Part shown: in pieces, positions 20,264 through 29,700 of the stretch | Layout of the letters: every line of letters begins with the position of its first letter | How positions within the stretch are numbered: position 1 is the first letter of the stretch | Origin: Candidatus Micrarchaeota archaeon | Lineage (GTDB): Archaea > Micrarchaeota > Micrarchaeia > Anstonellales > Bilamarchaeaceae | Assembly: GCA_041694885.1 (NCBI GenBank) | Contig: JBGFRX010000005.1 | Span: forward strand, 1-64,000 | Reading direction: 5' to 3' | DNA: 64,000 nucleotides | The notes under the pieces: generated by a model | The model's database searches: none | Told to the model about the DNA's origin: nothing | What the model saw: the letters and a program-made list of their open reading frames with translations, nothing else | Made by a program: the position numbers and the translations under genes

Positions 20264-21424
20264 ATGAGAAAGGTTACGATTATAGGGGCAGGAATGACGA
20301 AGTTCGGCGAGCACTGGGAGCGGGGCTACCGCGAGCTCGTAATAGAGGCGGGAATTATGGCGATAGAGGATGCGGGCCTTCAGGGAAACGAAATATCAGC
20401 CGGATACGTGGGCTGCATGGCTTCAGGCAGCTTGATAGGCCAGGAGCACGCTGGTGCCTTGATTGCTGACCAGATAGGCATCAATCCCATTCCGGTCACA
20501 AGAGTGGAGGCAGCGTGCGCTTCAGGAGGAGTCGCATTAAGACAGGGCTACTTGGCTGTCGCGAGCGGAATGCACGACTTCGTGGTCGTAGGAGGCGTGG
20601 AAAAAATGAATGATTTGGATACCAATGCGGTTTCAAATATTCTAGGAGGCGCAGGAGACCAGGAATGGGAACTCTTTTTGGGCGCGACCTTCCCAGGGCT
20701 CTACGCCCTGATGGCTAAAAGGCACATGCACGAATTCGGGACAACTGAAGAAATGCTTGCCTCTGTTGCCGTGAAGAACCACGAGCACGGCTCGCGCAAC
20801 CCATATGCCCAGTTCCAGAACAGGATTACAATGGATACAGTGATGAAATCCAAAATGGTCTCGGCTCCACTCAAGATGTTCGACTGTTCTCCCATTACAG
20901 ATGGAGCTGCTGCCGTTGTTTTGGCTCCCTTGGAAATCGCCAAAAAATACAGCGAACAGCCAATAGAGATTGCTGCGAGCGCACAGGCATCAGATACTAT
21001 TGCTTTGCACTCGCGCGAAAAACTCACTGAAGTGAAGGCAACGAAAATAGCGGCTCAGAAGGCGTACGAAATGGCGAAGATAAAGTCGAAAGACGTTGAT
21101 GTTTGCGAGGTGCACGACTGCTTCACCATCGCTGAAGTGATGGCGATAGAGGATTTGGGCTTCTTCAAAAAAGGTGAAGGGGGGAAAGCGTCCCTGGAAG
21201 GGAAAACCGCACTGGGCGGAGAAATTCCGACAAATACTTCCGGCGGCCTTAAAGCAGCTGGCCATCCAGTAGGCGCGACAGGGATAAAGCAAGCAGTGGA
21301 GCTCACTTGGCAATTGCGCGGAAAGGCGGAAGGAAGGCAGGTTGCTGATGCGGAAATCGGCCTTGCGCACAACGTGGGGGGAAGCGGTGCTACTGCAGTA
21401 GTCCATATCTTCAGGAATGCATAG
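20264..21424 (+). CDS. Thiolase (acetyl-CoA acetyltransferase), archaeal type
   Basis: [42 protein letters not shown]. Confidence 0.95.
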   Translation: MRKVTIIGAGMTKFGEHWERGYRELVIEAGIMAIEDAGLQGNEISAGYVGCMASGSLIGQEHAGALIADQIGINPIPVTRVEAACASGGVALRQGYLAVASGMHDFVVVGGVEKMNDLDTNAVSNILGGAGDQEWELFLGATFPGLYALMAKRHMHEFGTTEEMLASVAVKNHEHGSRNPYAQFQNRITMDTVMKSKMVSAPLKMFDCSPITDGAAAVVLAPLEIAKKYSEQPIEIAASAQASDTIALHSREKLTEVKATKIAAQKAYEMAKIKSKDVDVCEVHDCFTIAEVMAIEDLGFFKKGEGGKASLEGKTALGGEIPTNTSGGLKAAGHPVGATGIKQAVELTWQLRGKAEGRQVADAEIGLAHNVGGSGATAVVHIFRNA

Positions 21425-21567
21425 AGCTATGGGACAATGACGCTTGCAGAGATAGCCTGAATTTACAGGCAGTTTGGACACAATGATGCCATAAGAGTCA
21501 TCAGGATGAAGAATGTCCTGCTCATGGCATCTGAACTGGAGGAGCCGAAAGCGCAGAAGGTAAAAAC

Positions 21568-21969
21568 ATGAAGGAAAGCATCCCGTTGACCTGGCGAAGG
21601 ATTCCGGAAAGGTACCGGCTGAAGGGGAACAGGTGCGCGAACTGCTCCATATATTATTTCCCTCCGCGCATAGTGTGCCCAAAATGCAGGAGAAAGGGCA
21701 AGCTCGAAACGCATTACTTCAAAGGCACAGGAAAGGTTTATTCATTTACCGAGATAAGCAGCCCTGCGACCGGCTTTGAGGAGCAGGTTCCATACGTATT
21801 TGCGATAATAGAAATGGACGAAGGGGCGCGCATAACCGGGCAAATCGTGGATGCGCGCAACGAAGACGTGAAAATAGGGAACAAAGTCGAAACAGTGTTC
21901 AGGAAAATCCAGAGCGAAGATCCGGAAGGGCTCATACATTACGGGTTCAAATTCCGACTGGTGAAATGA
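21568..21969 (+). CDS. DUF35 Zn-ribbon/OB-fold protein (thiolase partner)
   Basis: CANC...FPPR..CPKC, G.VYSFT, HYGFKF. Confidence 0.92.
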   Translation: MKESIPLTWRRIPERYRLKGNRCANCSIYYFPPRIVCPKCRRKGKLETHYFKGTGKVYSFTEISSPATGFEEQVPYVFAIIEMDEGARITGQIVDARNEDVKIGNKVETVFRKIQSEDPEGLIHYGFKFRLVK

Positions 21970-22046
21970 TGACGTGGTAAAATGAGTATGCAAAAATAAA
22001 AGTTCTCAACAAAAAGAAGCGATAGGCACCATATCTTTAAAAATGG

Positions 22047-22328
22047 GTGGTTTATTTGGCCAAAGTGTACATAAAGAACGAAGGAAAAACAGTGGAACTT
22101 CCTGATGGGAGCAATTTGGTTGATTTGGAGGGGAAAAGCAACGTGATTTTCGCATGCAAGGTTGGCACGTGCGGCGCGTGCATCGCCGCCATTGTGAACG
22201 GTGCGGAAAACCTCGCTTCACCCACCGAAGTAGAAAAAATCTACTTAGACAATTTCGCTCCAGGGCAGGGCAAGCGGCTTCTCTGCCAGACAGTGATAAA
22301 GAAAGGGGAGATTACAATAGAATATTAA
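22047..22328 (+). CDS. [2Fe-2S] ferredoxin
   Basis: ACKVGTCGAC...RLLCQ. Confidence 0.88.
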   Translation: MVYLAKVYIKNEGKTVELPDGSNLVDLEGKSNVIFACKVGTCGACIAAIVNGAENLASPTEVEKIYLDNFAPGQGKRLLCQTVIKKGEITIEY

Positions 22329-23242
22329 AACTCCTTCACCTTCCCGACCGCATCCTCAAGTGAAGAATAGTTGTGCTTCTTCAATTCCGTCTCCAATTCG
22401 TCTTCCATGCGGCCGAAGCATTTCACCCCTTCTTTATACAGGGTAGTTGCAGTTGCGAACGCGTCCGCGCCTGCAAGCGCGTATGCGAAAGCGTCTTTTC
22501 CAGTTGAAATTCCTCCACAGCCCACTATTGGAACTGAGCCCTTGAAGAATTCATAATAGCGTCGCACGTTGCCCCACCCAAGCATGCGGAGCGCCTCTCC
22601 CCCCAATCCGCCCCATTTGGGCCTTAGCATTATCCTTTCCCTCTCAGCGTCTATGTACATCGCATTTCCCACAGTGTTTATCGCCACTATTATGTCCACG
22701 GCGTTCTTTTTCACGATCTCGCAGAATTCGAGCTGCGCATCTGAGTCCATGAACGGAGCTGCCTTTACCGCAATCTTCGCATTTGTGTTCTTCTTCACAG
22801 TCTTCAGCACCTCATTGGTCGCCTCCATATCATAGATTATCTGGGACTTTCCGTGAATGTTCGGGCAGGACAAATTCAATTCGAGCACATCAGCAACTTT
22901 TCCGAGCACCCTGGCCATTTCCCCTGCCTCGTTCGCATCGAATCCGCTCATGCTCGCGAAAGCCGGCTTCTTCGTCTTTTTCTTCAGTTCGGAAATTATG
23001 TTCGCCATTTCCCTGTAGCCGGGATTTGGAAGCCCCATCGCGTTTATAGTGGTCTCCTCCAGGATGTAGAATCTGGGGCCTGGGTTTCCGGGACGCGGCA
23101 GAAAAGTCGCCGTTTTGGTCGTTATGAAGCCAGCCCTCGAATCAGCCATCTGCAATAATTTCTCAAGCGAATCGTCGTTCGCGCCAGAGCCATTCGTGAA
23201 AACGCCTTCAAGTTCAATATCGCCTAATTTTGCCTTGAGCAT
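22325..23242 (-). CDS. pyrD: Dihydroorotate dehydrogenase (class 1A-like)
   Basis: TKT, GNPGPR, INAMGLPNPG, ELNLSCPN, INT.GN, GGLGG, GCGGI. Confidence 0.92.
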   Translation of the reverse strand: MLKAKLGDIELEGVFTNGSGANDDSLEKLLQMADSRAGFITTKTATFLPRPGNPGPRFYILEETTINAMGLPNPGYREMANIISELKKKTKKPAFASMSGFDANEAGEMARVLGKVADVLELNLSCPNIHGKSQIIYDMEATNEVLKTVKKNTNAKIAVKAAPFMDSDAQLEFCEIVKKNAVDIIVAINTVGNAMYIDAERERIMLRPKWGGLGGEALRMLGWGNVRRYYEFFKGSVPIVGCGGISTGKDAFAYALAGADAFATATTLYKEGVKCFGRMEDELETELKKHNYSSLEDAVGKVKEF

Positions 23243-23280
23243 AAAATCATCAATGAAATTACCGTAAAACAAATTAAAAA

Positions 23281-23739
23281 TCAAAGCCCCCTCACGAAGA
23301 TCTCGTGAGTCGCGTGTATGTCAAGGGCAAAAGGAATATCCAGTTTCACATATAGTTTCCATACGTTTATCCTGTTGTCGTGCCCGAACTCGTGGCTCGT
23401 GGGGGCAGCATCGGGAGGAAGCGCAAACTTCACTTTGAACTCTGCTTTCAGGTAATCACTCTCTCCTGCGACTTTCTTTTCTTCCCTGTAAACAATGTGG
23501 TCTTCGACCGTTTCGGTCTGGGTGAACGGCACTTCGGTGTAAAGCCCCAATCGTTTTCTTTCCTCTATCTCCGACCGAGGTATGTGCACCGTGTGCTTCA
23601 CCTTTTTCTTTTCCATGCACATCAGGGTTGCGAATATTCCCCTTGCCTTCACCACCTTGTCCAAATTCAAAGCTATCGTTGCCTCAATTTCCTCGTCTGC
23701 GTTGTATTCGCTTTTGTTCAGGAAAATTTCAATTGCCAT
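23281..23739 (-). CDS. Arrestin/SpoOM-like beta-sandwich protein
   Basis: FALPPDAAPT, WKLYVKLDIPFALD; start trimmed to MAIEIF. Confidence 0.65.
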   Translation of the reverse strand: MAIEIFLNKSEYNADEEIEATIALNLDKVVKARGIFATLMCMEKKKVKHTVHIPRSEIEERKRLGLYTEVPFTQTETVEDHIVYREEKKVAGESDYLKAEFKVKFALPPDAAPTSHEFGHDNRINVWKLYVKLDIPFALDIHATHEIFVRGL

Positions 23740-23759
23740 ATACAACCAACGCATAATTC

Positions 23760-24215
23760 CTATAATAATTTTATCTGCCTGTCTGCAAGAAGATGAGAGA
23801 TATATCCAATAGCACCAGCAAGCGCGAATTTGAATCCGAGCACGAAATAAACGAACAGAGAGAAAAACGCAGCCAGAGTAAAGGTGTGCGTTATTCCCCT
23901 GTGCTTGGGCCTGAAGTAGGCAAAGACAAGAAAATAGGCGCCTGCGAATGCAAAAGCCCTGAGCAGGAAATTTTCCGTGAATATGCACGAATAGTCCGGG
24001 CAGTGGAAAAAGTAGGTGAAAATCACAGCTATGAATATTATCAATTTGTCCAGGATTTCCCTCACCTTGGAGTTCACGTGGTCCAGGTCAGGGAGAAGGG
24101 AGCTTCCCCCTGAAAAAAGGGAAAAAACGATTATTTCGTACGGATTTGCGCTCAGGAAATAGAATGCAGTTGCACTTAGCGCAAACCCGATTGCAAAGTG
24201 TTTTGCCCAGTCCAC
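23760..24215 (-). CDS. Membrane metal-dependent hydrolase (YdjM/DUF457 family)
   Basis: N-terminal H, LPDLD, HRGITH, SHLLAD. Confidence 0.9.
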   Translation of the reverse strand: MDWAKHFAIGFALSATAFYFLSANPYEIIVFSLFSGGSSLLPDLDHVNSKVREILDKLIIFIAVIFTYFFHCPDYSCIFTENFLLRAFAFAGAYFLVFAYFRPKHRGITHTFTLAAFFSLFVYFVLGFKFALAGAIGYISHLLADRQIKLL

Positions 24216-24219
24216 ACTA

Positions 24220-24927
24220 TCACTTCAGCGTAAAATAAATCCTCCTGTTCGCAGCACCCTTGTTCTCCAGTTTCAGAATTTCTATTTTTCCTATCTCCGA
24301 GGTGTTCTTAACGTGCGTCCCTCCATCCGCCTGTATGTCCGCTCCGGGAATCTCAACTATCCGCAGAACGCTTATGTCAGGCGGAAGCGCATTTACCAGT
24401 TTCACTATTCCAGGGATTTTCATTGCATCTTCCCTTGGAAGGGAATAAACTTTCAATTCAATATTTTTTGCGATAAATGCATTTGCTCTCTGCACCAATT
24501 CTTCGAATTTCGTGCGATCGAAGTTTTCTAAAGAGAAATCGAACCTGCTCTTGTCCATTTCGAGCTGATTTCCGGTAATAAGCGCACCTGTTTCCGAAGC
24601 GAACATTCCTGCAAGAATGTGCGCTGCACTATGCATCCTCATCAATGCATGTCGTCTTTTCCAGTCTAATTTGCAAATCACCCTGTTGCCAGCATCCAGT
24701 CCTTCGCGGTCTGATTCGTGTACGATTTTCCCATCCCGTTTCTCCACGCTCAGAACGCGAAACTCCAAACCGTTCGAAACCAGCTTACCGGTGTCGCCTG
24801 GCTGCCCGCCCCCTCTCGGATAGAAAATGTTTTTGTCCAAAATTATTTTTTTCGGCCCGGGCATTTCCAGGATGTTTGCTTCGCATTCCTGCATATAGGA
24901 ATTTTGCAGATAAAGCGGCTGATCCAT
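24220..24927 (-). CDS. alaXM: Alanyl-tRNA editing protein AlaX-M
   Basis: FYPRGGGQPGDTG, MRMHSAAH, DGGTH. Confidence 0.92.
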   Translation of the reverse strand: MDQPLYLQNSYMQECEANILEMPGPKKIILDKNIFYPRGGGQPGDTGKLVSNGLEFRVLSVEKRDGKIVHESDREGLDAGNRVICKLDWKRRHALMRMHSAAHILAGMFASETGALITGNQLEMDKSRFDFSLENFDRTKFEELVQRANAFIAKNIELKVYSLPREDAMKIPGIVKLVNALPPDISVLRIVEIPGADIQADGGTHVKNTSEIGKIEILKLENKGAANRRIYFTLK

Positions 24928-25040
24928 AATGGAAAATGGAAGTAGGGCTTTAAAAAACAACTCGAAGAATAACTCTTACGAAGAATAAAGTAATACTAAT
25001 CTGGTATCGGAACCCGAAACGCAAAACCGGAAACTCTTCT

Positions 25041-25115
25041 AGCGGGATAGGGTAGCTTGGAGTACCCGCCGGGCTCATAACCCGGAGACCGTTGGTTCAA
25101 ATCCACCTCCCGCTA
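25041..25115 (+). tRNA. Initiator tRNA-Met(CAT)
   Basis: A1-U72 (AGCGGGA/TCCCGCT), CCGGG-CTCATAA-CCCGG anticodon arm with 3 G-C pairs, TTCAAAT. Confidence 0.95.
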
Positions 25116-25257
25116 TTTTTCTTCGCTATTTCTGTTTTTGTTTGGTTAATTTATAAAATACTTTCCCATTCTCAAAAAGGCATTTCACTGCGATTAGAAA
25201 TACATCTCATAACACTTTATATAAATGTTTCCTTACATAGAAATATATGTGGGAACA

Positions 25258-26772
25258 ATGGCAATTGCGAAACTTGGCGCATATCCTGACTTGAGGCAGC
25301 TCAAGACAAAGGCAGTGCAACGGATTGAAACCAACATGAATAGATATTTGGGAAAACCATTCTTCAAATTCTTCGAGAATTTGCCGAAGCGGCGGCAGAG
25401 CGGCAAGAAGAAAAACGGGAAACTGACAGCAGACACGTTCCTGCTCAAAGTCGATGCGAAGCTGGGCGAGGGCGCCATGGACGCAGCAAATGCGGCAAGG
25501 GGCGTGATAGGAAACCACCTCAAATTATGCCGGCTCGGGAACAAGGAAACGAATAAAATAGATTCCGACCTGGAAAAAATAATCGGCGTAATGACAGACG
25601 TGCTGACAGCGCGCGAGCTCGGCCTGCTGCAGGTCGTAGGGAACAAGCTGAACCTCAAAGTGATGGACAAGGGCCCTGGCGTCCGCCAGCTCATCTATTC
25701 CGCAGAGCGCGAGGAGGAGGTGCGCGACCTCATTTCAAAATACCGCGTCCCGACTTTTTGGGAGATGGCAAGAGCTGCGCTCAGGCGTATATTGCAAAGT
25801 AAAAAAGGACGCGAGGCAACACGGTCAGCAATGGATGGTGCGGTGGGTCCCGAAGCTGCAGAGTCATTGCCCAAAGGAGCAGAAGAAACGACAAGCATAA
25901 TTCCAGGACGCTTCGCCCGGGCAGCGAAAAGAGCAGCTGTTTTTGCAGTTGCAAGTGCCGCTTTTGTAGTGCTTTCTGGGATCATTGCTTATATTACATC
26001 CCGTTCGTTGGAAGATTATATGCACGAACCAAAGGTAGCTCAGGAGAGCAATGAAGGCGGCAGGCAGCCCTTGCACAAGGAAGAACAGATAACTCCAGCA
26101 ACTCAGCAGGGGAATGCTGGCATAGAAGAAGCCGCGAAGGTGGAAGAGCCCTCGCTGCCGCAGCCAGCCACGCAACCCGCCTCTAAAAGTCAATTACATC
26201 CCAAGGTTTCAGAAGAGCCGGCCAAGGCGAAGATCGAAAAGATGGAAAAGAGCGTTGCGCTCCAAGAGGCGCAAACAAAAAGGCTGGATGGAGGAAACGA
26301 AGTAAAAAAAGCAGTCGCAGATGAAACGCGAAATGCCATGCCTTCGCAGCCGGAGAAAGGAGCGCCTCCTGTGGAAGAATCCAAAGCAAAAGACGCGGTC
26401 AAACCGGAAACGCAAAAAACCGTCCGGACCGAAGAGCGGAAAAAAGCACCGCAGGAAATTCGCGACGAGGAGCGTGAGAAGGCGGAAATTTACGCGGCGG
26501 TGAAGAGTGGGAAGGACTTTATGCACGACCTCAATGAAATGGCGAAGGAGGACGAGGGGCTGCGCACTTTGTACAATTACATAAGGGCTTATTTCACAGC
26601 GGAGAGTGAAAGCGAAACCGGATTCGTGGCTTCAGCGCACCAGCAGCACCTGGCCGGCTTCATAATCAAAGGAAAAGAGAACGGCGATGGCATCCAGTTC
26701 ATGTTGAGGCGGCTCGAACTCACGTACAAAGGAGCTCCGGAAAAATACAAAAAACAACTAAAAAACGACTGA
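25258..26772 (+). CDS. Hypothetical single-pass membrane protein with low-complexity charged/Pro-rich linker
   Basis: Long ORF, one TM (AVFAVASAAFVVLSGIIAYI); no recognised motif. Confidence 0.7.
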   Translation: MAIAKLGAYPDLRQLKTKAVQRIETNMNRYLGKPFFKFFENLPKRRQSGKKKNGKLTADTFLLKVDAKLGEGAMDAANAARGVIGNHLKLCRLGNKETNKIDSDLEKIIGVMTDVLTARELGLLQVVGNKLNLKVMDKGPGVRQLIYSAEREEEVRDLISKYRVPTFWEMARAALRRILQSKKGREATRSAMDGAVGPEAAESLPKGAEETTSIIPGRFARAAKRAAVFAVASAAFVVLSGIIAYITSRSLEDYMHEPKVAQESNEGGRQPLHKEEQITPATQQGNAGIEEAAKVEEPSLPQPATQPASKSQLHPKVSEEPAKAKIEKMEKSVALQEAQTKRLDGGNEVKKAVADETRNAMPSQPEKGAPPVEESKAKDAVKPETQKTVRTEERKKAPQEIRDEEREKAEIYAAVKSGKDFMHDLNEMAKEDEGLRTLYNYIRAYFTAESESETGFVASAHQQHLAGFIIKGKENGDGIQFMLRRLELTYKGAPEKYKKQLKND

Positions 26773-29700
26773 TATCAGAGCCTCGATTTCCGAAACTATC
26801 TCCTTTTCCTCATCGCTGAGCGCATCGCTCTTCTTCTTCCATTTCTCCAGTTCCGCTTTTGTGATGTAAACGAGGAGCGCATCGCCTTCCCTCACATCGC
26901 TGCCAAGAATTATCTCATCAACTGAAATGGCGACCTGCGTGCCCTTCTTTGCCTCCGCAAGCGATTCTTTCTCCTTCTGTATCGTTTTAACTTCGCCCAA
27001 GACCCTTCCATCCAGGTTCATGAGGCGCACATGTGGCCTTAATTTTCCGGCAAGAACTTCCACCCCGAAAATAGCCGGCTTACTCACGCGGAAGAAACAA
27101 TTGGGTAGCGCCCTTATGCGGCAGGGCCAGGACATCTTCTCAAACACCTGCTTTTTTTCCCTTTCCCTTTCCTCCGCCTTCCATTCCTCGTACCTGTCCA
27201 GAAGCTGATAGACAATATTGCTGTAGATTATCTGCGCTCCTCCTTCGTCCCCTGCTGTCTTTGCATCAGGAAGCACCTGCACATTGAACGCGAGCACAGC
27301 GCCTAAATATTTGTCCTGCGCAGCAACCGTCGCAGCGAGCAGCGCGTCTCCTTTGGTTACATTGCCAACATTCGCCGCCTTCACCGGTACGTTCGCATCC
27401 CTGAGGAGCTTGACTATCGCCTCCACGCTGCCCAAGCTATCCGCCTTCACCACCACTCCCAAACCGGCGCTCTCGAAAATTATCCCTTTCATGTGCGCCT
27501 CTATCTCCTTCCTGTCTTTTTCATAGTTCTTTGCGACAATGAGAGGGGAGCCGCTCACCGCATCCTCGAGTCCGGGAGCTGCGATTTTTACTCCTGCAGC
27601 AGCCACGAGCCGCTCCGCCTTCCTGAACTTCTCCTTTGCGCCTCTTATGTTCGGCTCGAGCAGCGCGCGTATTTTGGTTTTCTTCACTCCTGCTCTGGAG
27701 AGGAACACAATTTCGTCGCCCTCCACGAGTACCCCGTCGTAAATTATGACGTCCACAGTTGGCCCGAGCCCTTTCTCCTCTTTGACCTCCATCACGCTGC
27801 CTTTTGCAGGGCTTTCGGGATCAACGTGCAGCTCCTTTTCCAGAAATTTCTGGCTGAGCCCTGCTATAAGAAGAAGAAGCTCTGCAAGCCCCTCGCCCGT
27901 CTTCGCGCTCACAGGCACTATCCCGACTTGCTTCGTGAAATTCTTTACCCTGTCAAAACGTTCGGAATCGAAGCCGTATTCGGAAAGTTTCCCCATCAAC
28001 CCGTATATCCTTTCATCAACATTGTTTTGCGTACTCTCTGACTGCTTTGCGAGCGATTCGAGGAACGACTCCGTTGCCTGCGATTTCCATCTGTCAACCA
28101 GATCGACCTTGTTCGCGGCGATGATGAAGGGCGTTTTCGCGTTTTTCAGTATCCTTATGCTCTCTATGGTTTGGGGCTGGAATCCCTGTGCAATATCCAC
28201 TACGACTATCGCCATGTCTGCTATGCTTCCCCCCCTCTCACGCAGATTCGTGAACGCCTCGTGGCCCGGCGTGTCTATGAAAAGTATGCCCGGAACCATG
28301 AGCTTTATTTTCATCCTTTCCGCTACTGGTTTGGAAACCGCCTCTATATTCTCGCGCGCCACATAGCTCGCGCCTATCATCTGGGTTATCCCACCTGCCT
28401 CCTTCCCCGCCACACCGGTGCCCCGAACTGCATCGAGAAGGCTGGTGTTGTGCGCGAAAATCCGGTCTGCTACGAAATTGTGGTGCTCCGGAACCGTGAA
28501 ATCGTAGACGTAGTCTTTGGATTCGGCATGAACAATTTCCGAAATGCGCACTGCCTGCACGTCCGAGCCGGAGCAGAAACGCGAAATGTTTTGGAGGCGC
28601 GCACGAACGAGTGCCCGGCACTTTCCGGAGTTCGCGCAAAAGTCCGCACCCGTAGCCGTTAGCGAGAATTGCCCATTTTTCATTTTCACGAGCCCATCCG
28701 AATAGAACGACCGGAGTTGATTCACCGTCCAGACCCAGGGAAGCCCGCTCTCTGCCGCAGCTTCTTTTGAGGATAGCGGCCGGCATTTTAGGGATTTGAG
28801 CAGCCGGATTTTCTTTTTCAGAGCGTTGCGGTATTCGGCCGAGGACAAAAGGCGCGTGAGATTTTCCTTAAATGAAGACAGGTATGCCCTCGAAACAAAC
28901 GGATATTCCTCGTACTTGCCCTGATAAGGTATTCCGACCTCCATTTTCGCAAGACCAGGCAGATTTCGGATTTCTCTGATGCTGGCGCCGCTTATGGGGC
29001 TAATGTCGCTGTTCCTGTTCGTGCGGGCCTTTTTTAGGAAACGCTCCAGTCTCGCCCCTTTCTTCAGGGACCTTATGGGAATCGCCCTGCGGAATTTTTC
29101 AATGTCCTCGATTCCGCTTATTCTTAGGCTGTAATATCCATTCTTGGAGTAATAAGCAGCCCTTATGCCGAACCTCAGGAGCGCCAGGGAAAGGTCCTCA
29201 ACAAACAGTCTGCTCGCGCTCGTAATCTCGAGCGCGCCCTGGTTGCTCGCATAGCCGTCGGTGTCGAATACGCCGGCTATGAAATTCGCGAGCAGGGAGT
29301 CGTCACCTGTCTTCACAAGGTCCGGAATTCGGATGGTCCGGCTTTTTTGCCTTGCGGGAAAATCGAAAATCTCGTTGAGCATGCGGTTGAGCGTCCTGCC
29401 TCCCCTGTGGATGGCCGCTGTGACTGTCCGCTCGCGCCTGACCACGACCTGTACTCCGAACGCTTTCTTCATCGCGTCCGCATACGCAGACAGTATCTCC
29501 GGGTCGTTCTTGCACAGCTTCGCGACGCCGCCCACGCCGTCGCCGAAAAGCAGCCCGAGCGCATACCCAAGTTCATCCCGCAATTGCGGCACAGGGAGCC
29601 AGGGGCCCGTGTGCCCTGCCCTCCACTTGTGGGTGGAATTCTTCAATTCGGTCATTTTCCTCACTGAAGCACCACGGGTGCGCGGAAGCCAGTGTTGTTC

